Position numbers and translations under genes: made by a program
Notes under the pieces: generated by a model
What the model was told of the DNA's origin: nothing
Databases searched by the model: none
What the model saw: only the letters and a program-made list of their open reading frames with translations
In this document: piece after piece, positions 28,914 to 38,302 of the stretch
How the letters are laid out: every line of letters starts with the position of its first letter
Numbering within the stretch: position 1 is the first letter of the stretch
DNA from: Desulfatiglandales bacterium
GTDB lineage: Bacteria; Desulfobacterota; DSM-4660; Desulfatiglandales; Desulfatiglandaceae
Reading direction: 5' to 3'
Length of the DNA stretch: 64,000 nt
Assembly (NCBI GenBank): GCA_963662465.1
Contig: OY759599.1
Coordinates: 640,001-704,000, forward strand

Positions 28914-30557
28914 ATGAGCGATCGGTCCTATCAGCCGGGAGAGGCTTACAAGTATCAATTGATCATCAAGCAGTTGTTCGATGGCACCTTGAACCTGGAT
29001 CTTAATCAGGAGATTGTATATCGGGACAAGGTCCGGCTGACGTATCGGAAGATGCGGGAGCGGGTCCACAGACTGGCCTCGGCCCTGACGAAGCTCGGCG
29101 TCGGAAAAGGGGATACCGTATGCGTATTCGATTACGACAGCCACCGTTACTTTGAGTGTTACTTCGCCGTTCCGATGATCGGTGCGGTTTTGCATACACA
29201 GAACTGGCGCCTTTCACCGGATCAGATCCTCTACACGATGAACCACGCTGAGGACAAAATCGTCCTGGTCAATGCGGAGTTCCTCCCGCTCCTCGAATCG
29301 GTCAGGGACAAGCTGCCCACTATAAAAAAGGTTATTCTCCTGACCGACGACGGATCAAAACCGGAAACGAAGATGAAGATCGACGGCGAGTATGAGGCGT
29401 TATTAAAAGAGGCCTCGGCGGAATACGAGTTCCCGGAGGATCTGGACGAGAATACCAGGGCCACCATCTTCTACACGAGCGGAACGACGGGCCTGCCCAA
29501 GGGCGTCTTTTTCTCCCACAGGCAGCTGGTCCTCCATACGCTCGTCAATACCCTTCAGGGGGTATACGAGACGCCCGGAAGGTTCCGTTCAACGGATGTC
29601 TATATGCCGCTTACCCCGATGTTTCATGTGCATGCCTGGGGTATGCCCTATAATGCGACGGTGATGGGGGTTAAACAGGTCTACCCCGGAAAATACGACC
29701 CCGCCTTTCTCCTGCAACTGATCAAGAACGAGAAGGTCACTTTCTCGCACTGTGTTCCGACGATCCTTCACATGCTCATCAGCCATCCCGCGGCAAAAGA
29801 GATCGATCTCTCCGGATGGAAACTCGTCATCGGAGGTGCCCGCCTTCCGAGGGGGCTTGCCAAAGCGGCCATGGATCTCGGAATCGAAATCTATTCCGGG
29901 TACGGTATGTCCGAGACCTGCCCGTGCCTCTCCACGGGCGCCCTAAAGCCCTATATGTTGGGATGGGATAAGGAAAAGAAACTCGACAGGTTGATTTCGA
30001 ACTGTGTGACGTTACCTCTGGTCAAGGCCAAGATCATTGATTCCGACGGGAAGGACCTCCCCCATGACGGCGCCGCTATCGGTGAACTGGTATTGCGGGG
30101 GCCGTGGTTTACCGAGGGGTATTTCAAAGATCTGGATAGAACAAAGGAATTGTGGGTTGACGGATGGCTCCACACCGGTGATGTGGCCTGCATCGATCAG
30201 GACGAATATATCCAGCTTACGGACCGGATGAAGGACGTGATCAAGACGGGTGGAGAGTGGATCTCTTCTCTGGACCTTGAAAACTTGGCGACCCTTCATG
30301 AGGCGGTGGCGGAGTCGGCCGCCATCGGCGTGGTGGATCCCAAGTGGGGGGAAAGGCCGATGATCCTGGTGGTACTCAAGCCGGAATTTGACGGCAGGGT
30401 TACGGGGGATGACATCCGAAGTTTCCTGACCGATTTCGCCGCAGCCGGAAAGATCCCCAAGTACGGGGTACCGGACACGGTTCAGATCGTGAAGGAGATC
30501 CCCAAGACGAGCGTCGGAAAGATCAACAAACTAGAACTGCGAAAGAGATACAGGTAA
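28914..30557 (+). CDS. Acyl-CoA synthetase (fatty/aromatic acid-CoA ligase)
   Basis: YTSGTTGLPKG, GYGMSET, LHTGD, DRMKDVIKTGGE, PKTSVGK. Confidence 0.93.
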   Translation: MSDRSYQPGEAYKYQLIIKQLFDGTLNLDLNQEIVYRDKVRLTYRKMRERVHRLASALTKLGVGKGDTVCVFDYDSHRYFECYFAVPMIGAVLHTQNWRLSPDQILYTMNHAEDKIVLVNAEFLPLLESVRDKLPTIKKVILLTDDGSKPETKMKIDGEYEALLKEASAEYEFPEDLDENTRATIFYTSGTTGLPKGVFFSHRQLVLHTLVNTLQGVYETPGRFRSTDVYMPLTPMFHVHAWGMPYNATVMGVKQVYPGKYDPAFLLQLIKNEKVTFSHCVPTILHMLISHPAAKEIDLSGWKLVIGGARLPRGLAKAAMDLGIEIYSGYGMSETCPCLSTGALKPYMLGWDKEKKLDRLISNCVTLPLVKAKIIDSDGKDLPHDGAAIGELVLRGPWFTEGYFKDLDRTKELWVDGWLHTGDVACIDQDEYIQLTDRMKDVIKTGGEWISSLDLENLATLHEAVAESAAIGVVDPKWGERPMILVVLKPEFDGRVTGDDIRSFLTDFAAAGKIPKYGVPDTVQIVKEIPKTSVGKINKLELRKRYR

Positions 30558-30675
30558 GACCTTTCGTTGGAGGAAGCCTCTACACGGCGGGAAAAAGCCG
30601 CAAATTAGTGTATACTTCCATGTGACGGTGGAAAAGTTGAAAAGAAACGGACACAAGAGGCAAGGAGAAAATTGA

Positions 30676-33330
30676 ATGAAAAAAATTTCACTGAAGGTAA
30701 ACGGACGAAATTATCAATTTGTGGTGGAACCGGAAAGGGTCCTTATTGATCTTCTGCGGGAGGACCTGCACCTTATCGGGGCCAAGCAATCCTGTGACCG
30801 AAAAGGTCAATGCGGGGCCTGTACCGTTCTCGTCAACAAAAAAGCGACGCTGTCCTGTCTGACCAAGGTGGCCGATCTGGAAGGCGCCGATGTGATCACC
30901 GTGGAGGGCCTGGGCACACCGGATAATCCGCATCTGATTCAGGAGGCCTTCGTGCTGTCAGGGGCCGTCCAATGCGGATTCTGCACGCCGGGCATGATCA
31001 TGGGGACCAAGGCGCTTCTGGACCGGAATCCGGACCCGGACGCGGAGGCGATCAAGAAGGCCCTGGCGCATAATTTATGCCGCTGCACCGGATACACGAA
31101 GATTATTGACGCCGTGAAGCTGTCCGGTCGATTTTTACGCGGCGAGACGACGCCCGATCAGGTGAGACCCGACCCAAAGAGCGGCGTGCTGGGCGTCTCC
31201 CACCCGAGACCTTCGGCCATGATCAAGGCCTGCGGACTGGCGGAATTCTCGGCCGATATAAAACTTCAGGGCGCAGCCGAATTGGCGGTGGTTCGCAGCA
31301 CGGAGCATCACGCCAAAATAAAATCAATCGATACCGCCGAGGCCGAAAAGATGCCCGGCGTCATCGGGGTCATGACCGCCAGGGACATCCTGGGGACCAA
31401 CCGAATTCAGTTCATATTTAATGACCAGCCCGTGTTGTGCGATGAGAAGGTCCGGTGCCTGGGGGATCCCATCGCGGTGGTGGCGGCCGATACCCTGGAC
31501 CAGGCTCTGGCCGCGGCGGCAGCCGTAGAGGTAGCCTATGATCCCCTGCCGGTTATGATGAGCCCGCCGGAGGCCCTTGTGGAGGGCGCAGTACAGCTCC
31601 ATGACGAGTTTCCCAACCTTTGCTATCAACAACCCCAGATCAAGGGGAATGCCAAAGAAGCCTTTGCAAAATCAGCCAAGATGGTTGAGGCCGAGTTCAC
31701 CACCCAGCTCAATCATCAGGCCCCTCTGGAGCCGGAAGCTAGTGTCGCCTATCTCGAAGGGGAAGGAGAAGAGGCCCTGCTCGTGGTGATTGGACGAAGC
31801 ATCATGATTCACTCCCATATGGCCATGCTCCAGGGGGCTCTGGGATGGGAAAACATGCGCTATGAGGAGGCCTATACCGGAGGGCAGTTCGGGATCAAGG
31901 TGGGCATTACCTCAGAGGGAATTGCCGGGGCCGCGGCCCTTCATTTTAAAAGACCCGTCCGGTATATCCCCAGCATTCATGAGTCCATGCTCATGACGAG
32001 TAAGCGGCATCCCTTCACCATGAAGGTCAAACTGGCGGCCGACAAGGACGGACATTTGACTGCATACGCCAATGATTTCGTTGTGGAAAACGGGGCCTAC
32101 ATGATTCTGGGCCTCATCGTTGTGAACCGCGCCCTCGACATGCTCTCGGGCGCCTACAACATCCCCAATATTGACACGTTGGCAAGACTGGTTTACACCA
32201 ATAACCCGGCAGGCGGGGCTGCCAGAGGCGCCGGGCCGCCTCAGGTGAACTTTGCCTTGGAATCGGCCATGGATATGCTGGCGGACAAACTGGGGATCGA
32301 TCCCTTGGAATTCCGTGTTAAAAACTCTCTCATGCCCGGCCAGAGCGTGTCCACCGGGGCGGTGGTGGAGCAGTGGACTTTCCCGGAGATCTGCGAACTC
32401 ATAAGGCCCCATTACGAGCGGGCCAAAAAGGAGGCCTCTGCTTTCAAGGATGGCCCCATCAAACGGGGTGTGGGTCTCGGCGCCCATTCCTTCGGTGTCG
32501 GTGGGCCCGGGGACGCGGCCCAGGTGGCCGTCGAATTGGACCCGGATAACGGCGTCACCATCTTCGCCGCAGCAGCGGATCCGGGTGAAGGAAATGATTC
32601 CATGCTGACCCAGATCGCCGCACATATCCTTGATTTGCCCATGGAGAAAATCCGCCTGGTGACCCGGAATACGGATCAGACCACTGAAACCGGACCGGCA
32701 GCCGGAAGCCGCATCACCTACATGGTGGGCGGCGCTCTGGTGAATGCCCTTGAGCAATTGCGGGAGAATATGGTAGAGGCAGGCGACTCAACCCATGAGG
32801 GGCTGAAAAAGGCAAACAAACCCATCCGCTATATGGGAACAAAGGCTGTGTCCGGAGGACAGCTTGATCCGGAAACCGGCCAGGGGCCCACCTTTGAGTC
32901 CCAGGTCCATAATATCCAGATGGCTGAGGTGGAGGTCAACACCGAGACGGGAAATGTTCGTGTGATCAAAATGACCACGGCGGTGGACCCGGGACCGGTG
33001 ATCAATCCTCTGAATCTGGAAGGTCAACTTGAAGGCGGGATGGACCAGGGGGTGGGATACGCTTTAAGGGAGGAATATGTCAGCGGCAAAACCAAAGACT
33101 GGGTGTCTTTTAAGTATCCCACCATGAAGACCGCTTTTGACATGGAAATCGTTACCCCCCTGGAAACGCCTCGAACCAAGGGAACCCTCGGTTCAACGGG
33201 CATCGGCGAGATGACCATGGTGTCGACGGCGCCCGCGGTCATCAATGCCATCAAGGACGCCTGCGGTGTCAGGATCCGCAACTTGCCGGCTACGCCGGAA
33301 AAGATCAAGGCTGCCCTGGCCGAGGGATAA
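30676..33330 (+). CDS. Mop-type aldehyde oxidoreductase (2x[2Fe-2S] + molybdopterin)
   Basis: GQCGACTV, QCGFCTPG, CRCTGY, GGQFG; single-chain Mop architecture, 884 aa. Confidence 0.93.
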   Translation: MKKISLKVNGRNYQFVVEPERVLIDLLREDLHLIGAKQSCDRKGQCGACTVLVNKKATLSCLTKVADLEGADVITVEGLGTPDNPHLIQEAFVLSGAVQCGFCTPGMIMGTKALLDRNPDPDAEAIKKALAHNLCRCTGYTKIIDAVKLSGRFLRGETTPDQVRPDPKSGVLGVSHPRPSAMIKACGLAEFSADIKLQGAAELAVVRSTEHHAKIKSIDTAEAEKMPGVIGVMTARDILGTNRIQFIFNDQPVLCDEKVRCLGDPIAVVAADTLDQALAAAAAVEVAYDPLPVMMSPPEALVEGAVQLHDEFPNLCYQQPQIKGNAKEAFAKSAKMVEAEFTTQLNHQAPLEPEASVAYLEGEGEEALLVVIGRSIMIHSHMAMLQGALGWENMRYEEAYTGGQFGIKVGITSEGIAGAAALHFKRPVRYIPSIHESMLMTSKRHPFTMKVKLAADKDGHLTAYANDFVVENGAYMILGLIVVNRALDMLSGAYNIPNIDTLARLVYTNNPAGGAARGAGPPQVNFALESAMDMLADKLGIDPLEFRVKNSLMPGQSVSTGAVVEQWTFPEICELIRPHYERAKKEASAFKDGPIKRGVGLGAHSFGVGGPGDAAQVAVELDPDNGVTIFAAAADPGEGNDSMLTQIAAHILDLPMEKIRLVTRNTDQTTETGPAAGSRITYMVGGALVNALEQLRENMVEAGDSTHEGLKKANKPIRYMGTKAVSGGQLDPETGQGPTFESQVHNIQMAEVEVNTETGNVRVIKMTTAVDPGPVINPLNLEGQLEGGMDQGVGYALREEYVSGKTKDWVSFKYPTMKTAFDMEIVTPLETPRTKGTLGSTGIGEMTMVSTAPAVINAIKDACGVRIRNLPATPEKIKAALAEG

Positions 33331-33338
33331 AGGTGTAA

Positions 33339-33809
33339 ATGGAAGGATCTCAAGGTTCCAAGCCCCTCTCCAGTCACTCCAACCGCGAGGTTCGGGTGAT
33401 GGCGGGGAGGGAAATTTACTTTGACAAGGAAGGATTCCTGTGGCAGATTGAGCATAACTCGGTTCTTCGACCCCTGTATCACCTTTGGCAGCAAGGCTTG
33501 ATAACATACGATCTGGTGCCCTTCGATGGTAGGGGCTTTGTTGACCCAAACGATATTGCCAAGGCCATAAAACCCCATACGAAGCTGGTGATCGTGTGCC
33601 ATGCCTCCAACGTGCTGGGAACCATCCAGCCCATAGCCGAAATCGGTCTGCTTTGCGCGGAAAAGGGGGTGCCCCTGCTGGTGGATGCGGCGCAGAGCGC
33701 GGGGGTGATCCCCATTGATATGGCTGCCTGGAAAATCGCAGCCGTTGCCTTACAACGCTGGAAGCCATGGCCGAAATCGACTGTTCTCAAAATTATTAGT
33801 GCCAAATGA
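33339..33809 (+). pseudogene. Deletion-derived TusE/DsrC::cysteine desulfurase fusion remnant
   Basis: Matches 1282-1386, then jumps to the equivalent of 1944-2251, then diverges. Confidence 0.88.
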
Positions 33810-34004
33810 AACCATCAGGAAAGATCGGCTCATCCGGGAGATTTTTTAGCGACCTCTAACTGCCGCGAAAACGGCCTATCCCGTTTTTTTTGTAGTGAAT
33901 CCCCAGCTTTTTCATCCTGCTTCTGAGGGTATTTGAGAGGAACCTGATCCTTTACGAACTCTATCAAGAGCTGTAAGAAGTCGTTTTGCATTTTTAGGTG
34001 ACCG

Positions 34005-34035
34005 CGGGTAACGTCAGCTGGAAACACTCATTATG
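34005..34035 (-). repeat. Half attC site after mazF
   Basis: 24/28 identical to the attC arm at 5289-5316; the mazF stop TAA lies in ACATAAT. Confidence 0.7.
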
Positions 34036-34378
34036 TTTCTTCATATACGCAAGCGTCAAGGATTATCAGTACTTGGTTCAAGGTCTCATCTGGCGATTTC
34101 TCAATAAATTTTATTTTACGCTTCTTGAAATCAACTGATTTTACTTGTTCAACCATAATGAAACCAGTCAGCGATGAATTTTGGGGGACAGCAACGTGAA
34201 AAGGAAAATCTCTACTTGTGTTTGTGATGGGGCAAACAATGGCTAAACCAGTGTGTTGATTAAAAAGTGTATTGCTTAAAACCAAAGCTGGTCTTCTTCC
34301 TTTTTGTTCATGACCTGATTGAGGATCGAATGTTAAAATCACAAAATCACCCTTTTGTGGAATATACGCCATTACCAC
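34031..34378 (-). CDS. mazF: PemK/MazF toxin
   Basis: YIPQKGD...FDPQSGHEQKGRRPALVLS...CPIT. Confidence 0.93.
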   Translation of the reverse strand: MVMAYIPQKGDFVILTFDPQSGHEQKGRRPALVLSNTLFNQHTGLAIVCPITNTSRDFPFHVAVPQNSSLTGFIMVEQVKSVDFKKRKIKFIEKSPDETLNQVLIILDACVYEET

Positions 34379-34620
34379 TCCTCTTTTCCAAGTGGTTTAC
34401 CCCAGTCAACTTCTTGTGTTTTATAATTTTTGGGTATTTTTTTAACCAATGTTTTTAAACTAATTTTTCCTCTGACCCGTTTGACTGGCGCAATGATAAT
34501 TTTTCCCTCTTGAGAATAAACTTCGACTTCATCTCCAATTGAGGATTGAACCTCATCCAAAACTACTTTGGGAATTCTAAGACCTTGACTATTGCCCCAT
34601 TTTTGAATTTTTGTGTGCAT
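34372..34620 (-). CDS. mazE: AbrB/MazE antitoxin
   Basis: IQKWGNSQGLRIPK...VDWGKPLGKEEW; own promoter TTGCTT-17-TATACT. Confidence 0.93.
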   Translation of the reverse strand: MHTKIQKWGNSQGLRIPKVVLDEVQSSIGDEVEVYSQEGKIIIAPVKRVRGKISLKTLVKKIPKNYKTQEVDWGKPLGKEEW

Positions 34621-34709
34621 GTTGCCTCCATTGATTTGATGTATATCCCAAGTATATCCATGTGAAAATAGTAAAGCAAGTTAAAGTAGAAATGGGTGCA
34701 ATTTTCTGT

Positions 34710-35162
34710 AGATGAAAGCATTCGAGTGATTCTTTTGACCGGGGCCGGGAAAGGCTTTTGTGCCGGCGCCGACATGGATGAGCTGAAAAATGCTCCAAAT
34801 GATAAATCGATTTCCGCTGACAAAGACGGAAAGGCGGCCGCGGAACACCAGGTCTCGACCCTCATGAGGACAAAAACGGAAGAGGCGTTAGATTCTGACG
34901 AAGCGCTGAGCATGGGGCTGGTGAACAGGGTATTTCCCACGGACGGCTTTATGGCATATACCTCCCAATTGGCGGAAACGGTTTCTCCCCGTTCTCTCCG
35001 GGTCATAAAAGGGCAGGTCTACAACGGATTGTTCCAGAGCCTTGCCAAGGCATGTGAACAGGCCGATGAAGAATTGCTGTTGAGCTTGAAGTCCGAGGAC
35101 TTTCAGGAGGGAGTCGCTCACTTTTTTTAGAAAAAAGGCCCCCGAAATTTACCGGAAAATAG
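34710..35162 (+). pseudogene. Enoyl-CoA hydratase remnant (5' truncated, internally deleted)
   Basis: ILLTGAGKGFCAGAD, EALSMGLVNRV, SEDFQEGV; central catalytic region absent. Confidence 0.8.
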
Positions 35163-35256
35163 GCTGGTTGCGCATCCAAAAGCCCTTCGCCCATATTATT
35201 TAATCAGAATTTGTTGAACATCATCTAAAAAAAATAAAAATGGGAGTAAAAAAAGA

Positions 35257-35309
35257 TTGACAACTCATGCGTAACCTTTTATCCTTCTTAAAAATAAAAC
35301 GACCATTCG
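35257..35309 (+). promoter_or_regulatory. sigma70 promoter plus candidate TetR operator
   Basis: TTGACA-17-TATCCT, then CGACCATTCG; related CGATTGGTCG at 36170-36179. Confidence 0.65.
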
Positions 35310-35400
35310 AATTATGGTGATTTTCTCAAGAATCATTTTCTTTCTGAAGTATGTGAAAAATATGCCTGAATCGGAAATGATTTGAATTCTGGAAAGATGA

Positions 35401-36117
35401 ATGGAAGCGGATTGTTCGTCTTTGTTTCAGAGGATAATGGTGGCAACTTCAAAAGAGGAATCCTTTTTAAGGCGGTGGGAAGGGCACATTGAGGAATTGA
35501 TCAATGTGTCGGCCAAAAAGCCTCAGGCCATCGAAGCAAAACATCAAAAGATCGTCGAAGGGGCCTGCCGGGTTTTTTTTAAGAAGGGGTTTCACCCCGC
35601 ATCCATGAGGGAGATCGCTGAGGCCTCCGGAATGTCCATGGGGCAGATGTACCATTACATTTCTTCAAAGGATGACGTCCTCTTTTTAATTCATCGGCAC
35701 ATGCAAATCAGCTGGTATCGGCGGTTGATGGGCGCAAAGATTGAAGATATGCAAGACCCTACAAAGAAAATGGCGATGGCGCTGCACGCTTCCATTGATT
35801 TCCTGATTGAGCAAAAGGATTTGATTCAGTTTATCTATTCGGAAAGCAAATACCTGAGCAAAGAGCATTTGCGGGTCGTGCTGGAGATGGACGACAAAAA
35901 TGTGGTGGAATATTGGCGTGATATTCTGAAGAGCGTTTTGGAACAGCAGGGGTTGAAGGCGGATGTGGAATCGGCTGCCAACCTTATTAGTTATATGCTC
36001 GTATTTTTTCCGCTCAGGGGCTGGAATATGAAAAGCAGGCCCATTAAGGAAGTGGAAACGTTCATGACGGACTTTATGTTCAAGGGGCTTGGACTTTCCG
36101 CTTCATGGCCGGAATAA
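35401..36117 (+). CDS. TetR-family regulator
   Basis: KGFHPASMREIAEASGMSMGQMYHYISSKDD. Confidence 0.9.
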   Translation: MEADCSSLFQRIMVATSKEESFLRRWEGHIEELINVSAKKPQAIEAKHQKIVEGACRVFFKKGFHPASMREIAEASGMSMGQMYHYISSKDDVLFLIHRHMQISWYRRLMGAKIEDMQDPTKKMAMALHASIDFLIEQKDLIQFIYSESKYLSKEHLRVVLEMDDKNVVEYWRDILKSVLEQQGLKADVESAANLISYMLVFFPLRGWNMKSRPIKEVETFMTDFMFKGLGLSASWPE

Positions 36118-36237
36118 AACGGTAAATCAAAGGTGCCATGAAGCGGATCGGGGTGGTATGAAAATAAAGCGATTGGTCGAAATATTTATTAAGAGTTTAA
36201 ATATATAAACGCATTTGTATTTGAATGAGGGTCATTC

Positions 36238-37008
36238 ATGGGCATTACGGAATCAACTCAAGGCAGGCAAACACGGGTGTTGACCATTGACAGGCCGCCG
36301 GTCAACGCTCTGGACGATGAAACGGTTATGGAATTGACGAAAGCCGTTGAAATCGCCATGCGGGATTCGGAGGTGAGGGTTTTGGTGATTACCGGTGCGG
36401 GCAGGTTTTTTGTAGCCGGCGCGGATCTGGAAAGGCTGGCGGCCTGCAAGCGGGAAGAAGGGCGGCAAACGGTATCCCGCGTCAAGGCGCTTCAATCGCT
36501 TTTGAGGAATGGCCCGAAGCCGGTGATTGCGGCACTGAACGGGCTGGCGGCTGGCGGTGGGCTTGAGCTGGCCATGGCATGCGACATTCGCATTGCCGAT
36601 AAAGAAGCGGGAATGGGACTGCCCGAAGCGACACTGGGAGTTATTCCGGGGGCCGGCGGCACCCAGATGCTGCCCCGGCTGGTGGGTATGGGAAAGGCGT
36701 TGGAATTGATGTTTTCAGGCCAGGTCATATCGCCAAAAGAGGCATTGGCCCTGGGGCTTGTGGATCGTCTTGCGGAGGCGGGAAAGGTTTTGGAAGAAGC
36801 GTTAAAACTCGCTGAAAAAATAGCCGGGAACGCGCCTCTTGCGCTTGCTGAAATCAAACAGGCGGCTTACGACACGCAGAAATTTTCACTTGAAGAAGGG
36901 TTGAAACGGGAGACGGAACGGTTTGCGAAACTGTGCGACAGTGAAGACAAAAACGAAGGCATCCGTGCCTTTATGGCTAGACGGTCGGCCCAATTCAAAG
37001 GCTGTTAA
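36238..37008 (+). CDS. Enoyl-CoA hydratase
   Basis: FVAGAD, GGGLELAMACD, PEATLGVIPGAGGTQ. Confidence 0.93.
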   Translation: MGITESTQGRQTRVLTIDRPPVNALDDETVMELTKAVEIAMRDSEVRVLVITGAGRFFVAGADLERLAACKREEGRQTVSRVKALQSLLRNGPKPVIAALNGLAAGGGLELAMACDIRIADKEAGMGLPEATLGVIPGAGGTQMLPRLVGMGKALELMFSGQVISPKEALALGLVDRLAEAGKVLEEALKLAEKIAGNAPLALAEIKQAAYDTQKFSLEEGLKRETERFAKLCDSEDKNEGIRAFMARRSAQFKGC

Positions 37009-37092
37009 TCCGGTCTTGATCATTGTTCCGGAACCATTGGGTTGGGGATTTTGGAAAACCCATTACACTAAAAATAAGGATAGGACAAGGAT

Positions 37093-38286
37093 ATGAGCGA
37101 TCAAAAAAATGAGCCGGTCATTGTATCGGCGGTGCGGACGCCCATTGGGGATTTCGGTGGAAGTCTTCGGTCGGTGTTACATGAGCAATTGGCCGTTACG
37201 GTGCTGAAGGCGGTCTGCGAGCGGGTGGATTTCCCCAAAGAAATTCTGGAGGACGTTTACTGGGGTACGGTGATGGTCCGAAGCGATGAAAACGGCCTGG
37301 CCCGGGGCGCGGTTTTAAAAGCGGGCATTCCCGAGTACGTATCGGCGGTTCAGGTGAACCGGGCCTGCTGTTCCTCCATGGAAGCCATCCGTATCGCGTC
37401 CATGGGCGTTCGTCTGGGTGACGGGAAAGTCTATATTGCCGGTGGCGGGGAGAGCATGAGCAATGTGTCCTACAGCATCAAGAATGCCCGATGGGGCCTG
37501 CGCATGCGGCATCAGGAGCTGTCCGACGGTATATGGGACGGGTTGTTCGACCATCATGCCGGTTTGATCATGGGTATGACCGCGGAAAATGTGGCCGAGA
37601 AATACGGCATCTCCCGTGAGGACCAGGATGAATTTGCCTATACCAGCCAGATGCGCGCCAAGAAAGCCATGGAAACGGGACGGTTCAAGGATGAGATCGT
37701 ACCGGTGGTCATTCCGGGGAAAAGGGGGAAGCCGGACGTGGTGGTGGACACGGACGAGCATCCCAGGCCGAATACCACCATGGAAATGCTGAGATCCCTG
37801 CCGCCGGCATTCAAAAAGGACGGCACTGTGACCGCCGGCAATTCATCAGGACTCAACGACGGCGCCAGCGCCGTGCTGGTGGTTTCAAAAGAGGTGGCGG
37901 ACGAACATGAAATGAAGCGGCAATGGCGGGTTGTGGGTTCCGCCGCCGTGGGTGTGGATCCCCGCTATATGGGTATCAGTCCCATCTATGCCATTCGAAA
38001 ACTGCTCAAGCAGACCGGTCTTTCCCTAGACGATATGGAGCTGTTTGAAATTAACGAAGCCTTTGCGGCGCCATCCCTGGCCGTTGAGCGGGAGCTGGGG
38101 TTGAACCGGGACATGGTCAATGTCAACGGGAGCGGAATTGCCCTGGGGCATCCCATCGGCAATACCGGGTGCCGGCTGGTGGTCAGCCTGATTCACGAAA
38201 TGGAAAAACGGGACCTGCATCTTGGAATGGCCTCCCTGTGCGGTGGTGGCGGCAGCGGTCAGGCCATTATTGTCGAACGGGTCTAA
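37093..38286 (+). CDS. Thiolase (acetyl-CoA acyltransferase)
   Basis: NRACCSS, NEAFA, GHPIG, SLCGGGG. Confidence 0.94.
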   Translation: MSDQKNEPVIVSAVRTPIGDFGGSLRSVLHEQLAVTVLKAVCERVDFPKEILEDVYWGTVMVRSDENGLARGAVLKAGIPEYVSAVQVNRACCSSMEAIRIASMGVRLGDGKVYIAGGGESMSNVSYSIKNARWGLRMRHQELSDGIWDGLFDHHAGLIMGMTAENVAEKYGISREDQDEFAYTSQMRAKKAMETGRFKDEIVPVVIPGKRGKPDVVVDTDEHPRPNTTMEMLRSLPPAFKKDGTVTAGNSSGLNDGASAVLVVSKEVADEHEMKRQWRVVGSAAVGVDPRYMGISPIYAIRKLLKQTGLSLDDMELFEINEAFAAPSLAVERELGLNRDMVNVNGSGIALGHPIGNTGCRLVVSLIHEMEKRDLHLGMASLCGGGGSGQAIIVERV

Positions 38287-38302
38287 AATGAAAGGAGTAT
38301 CC

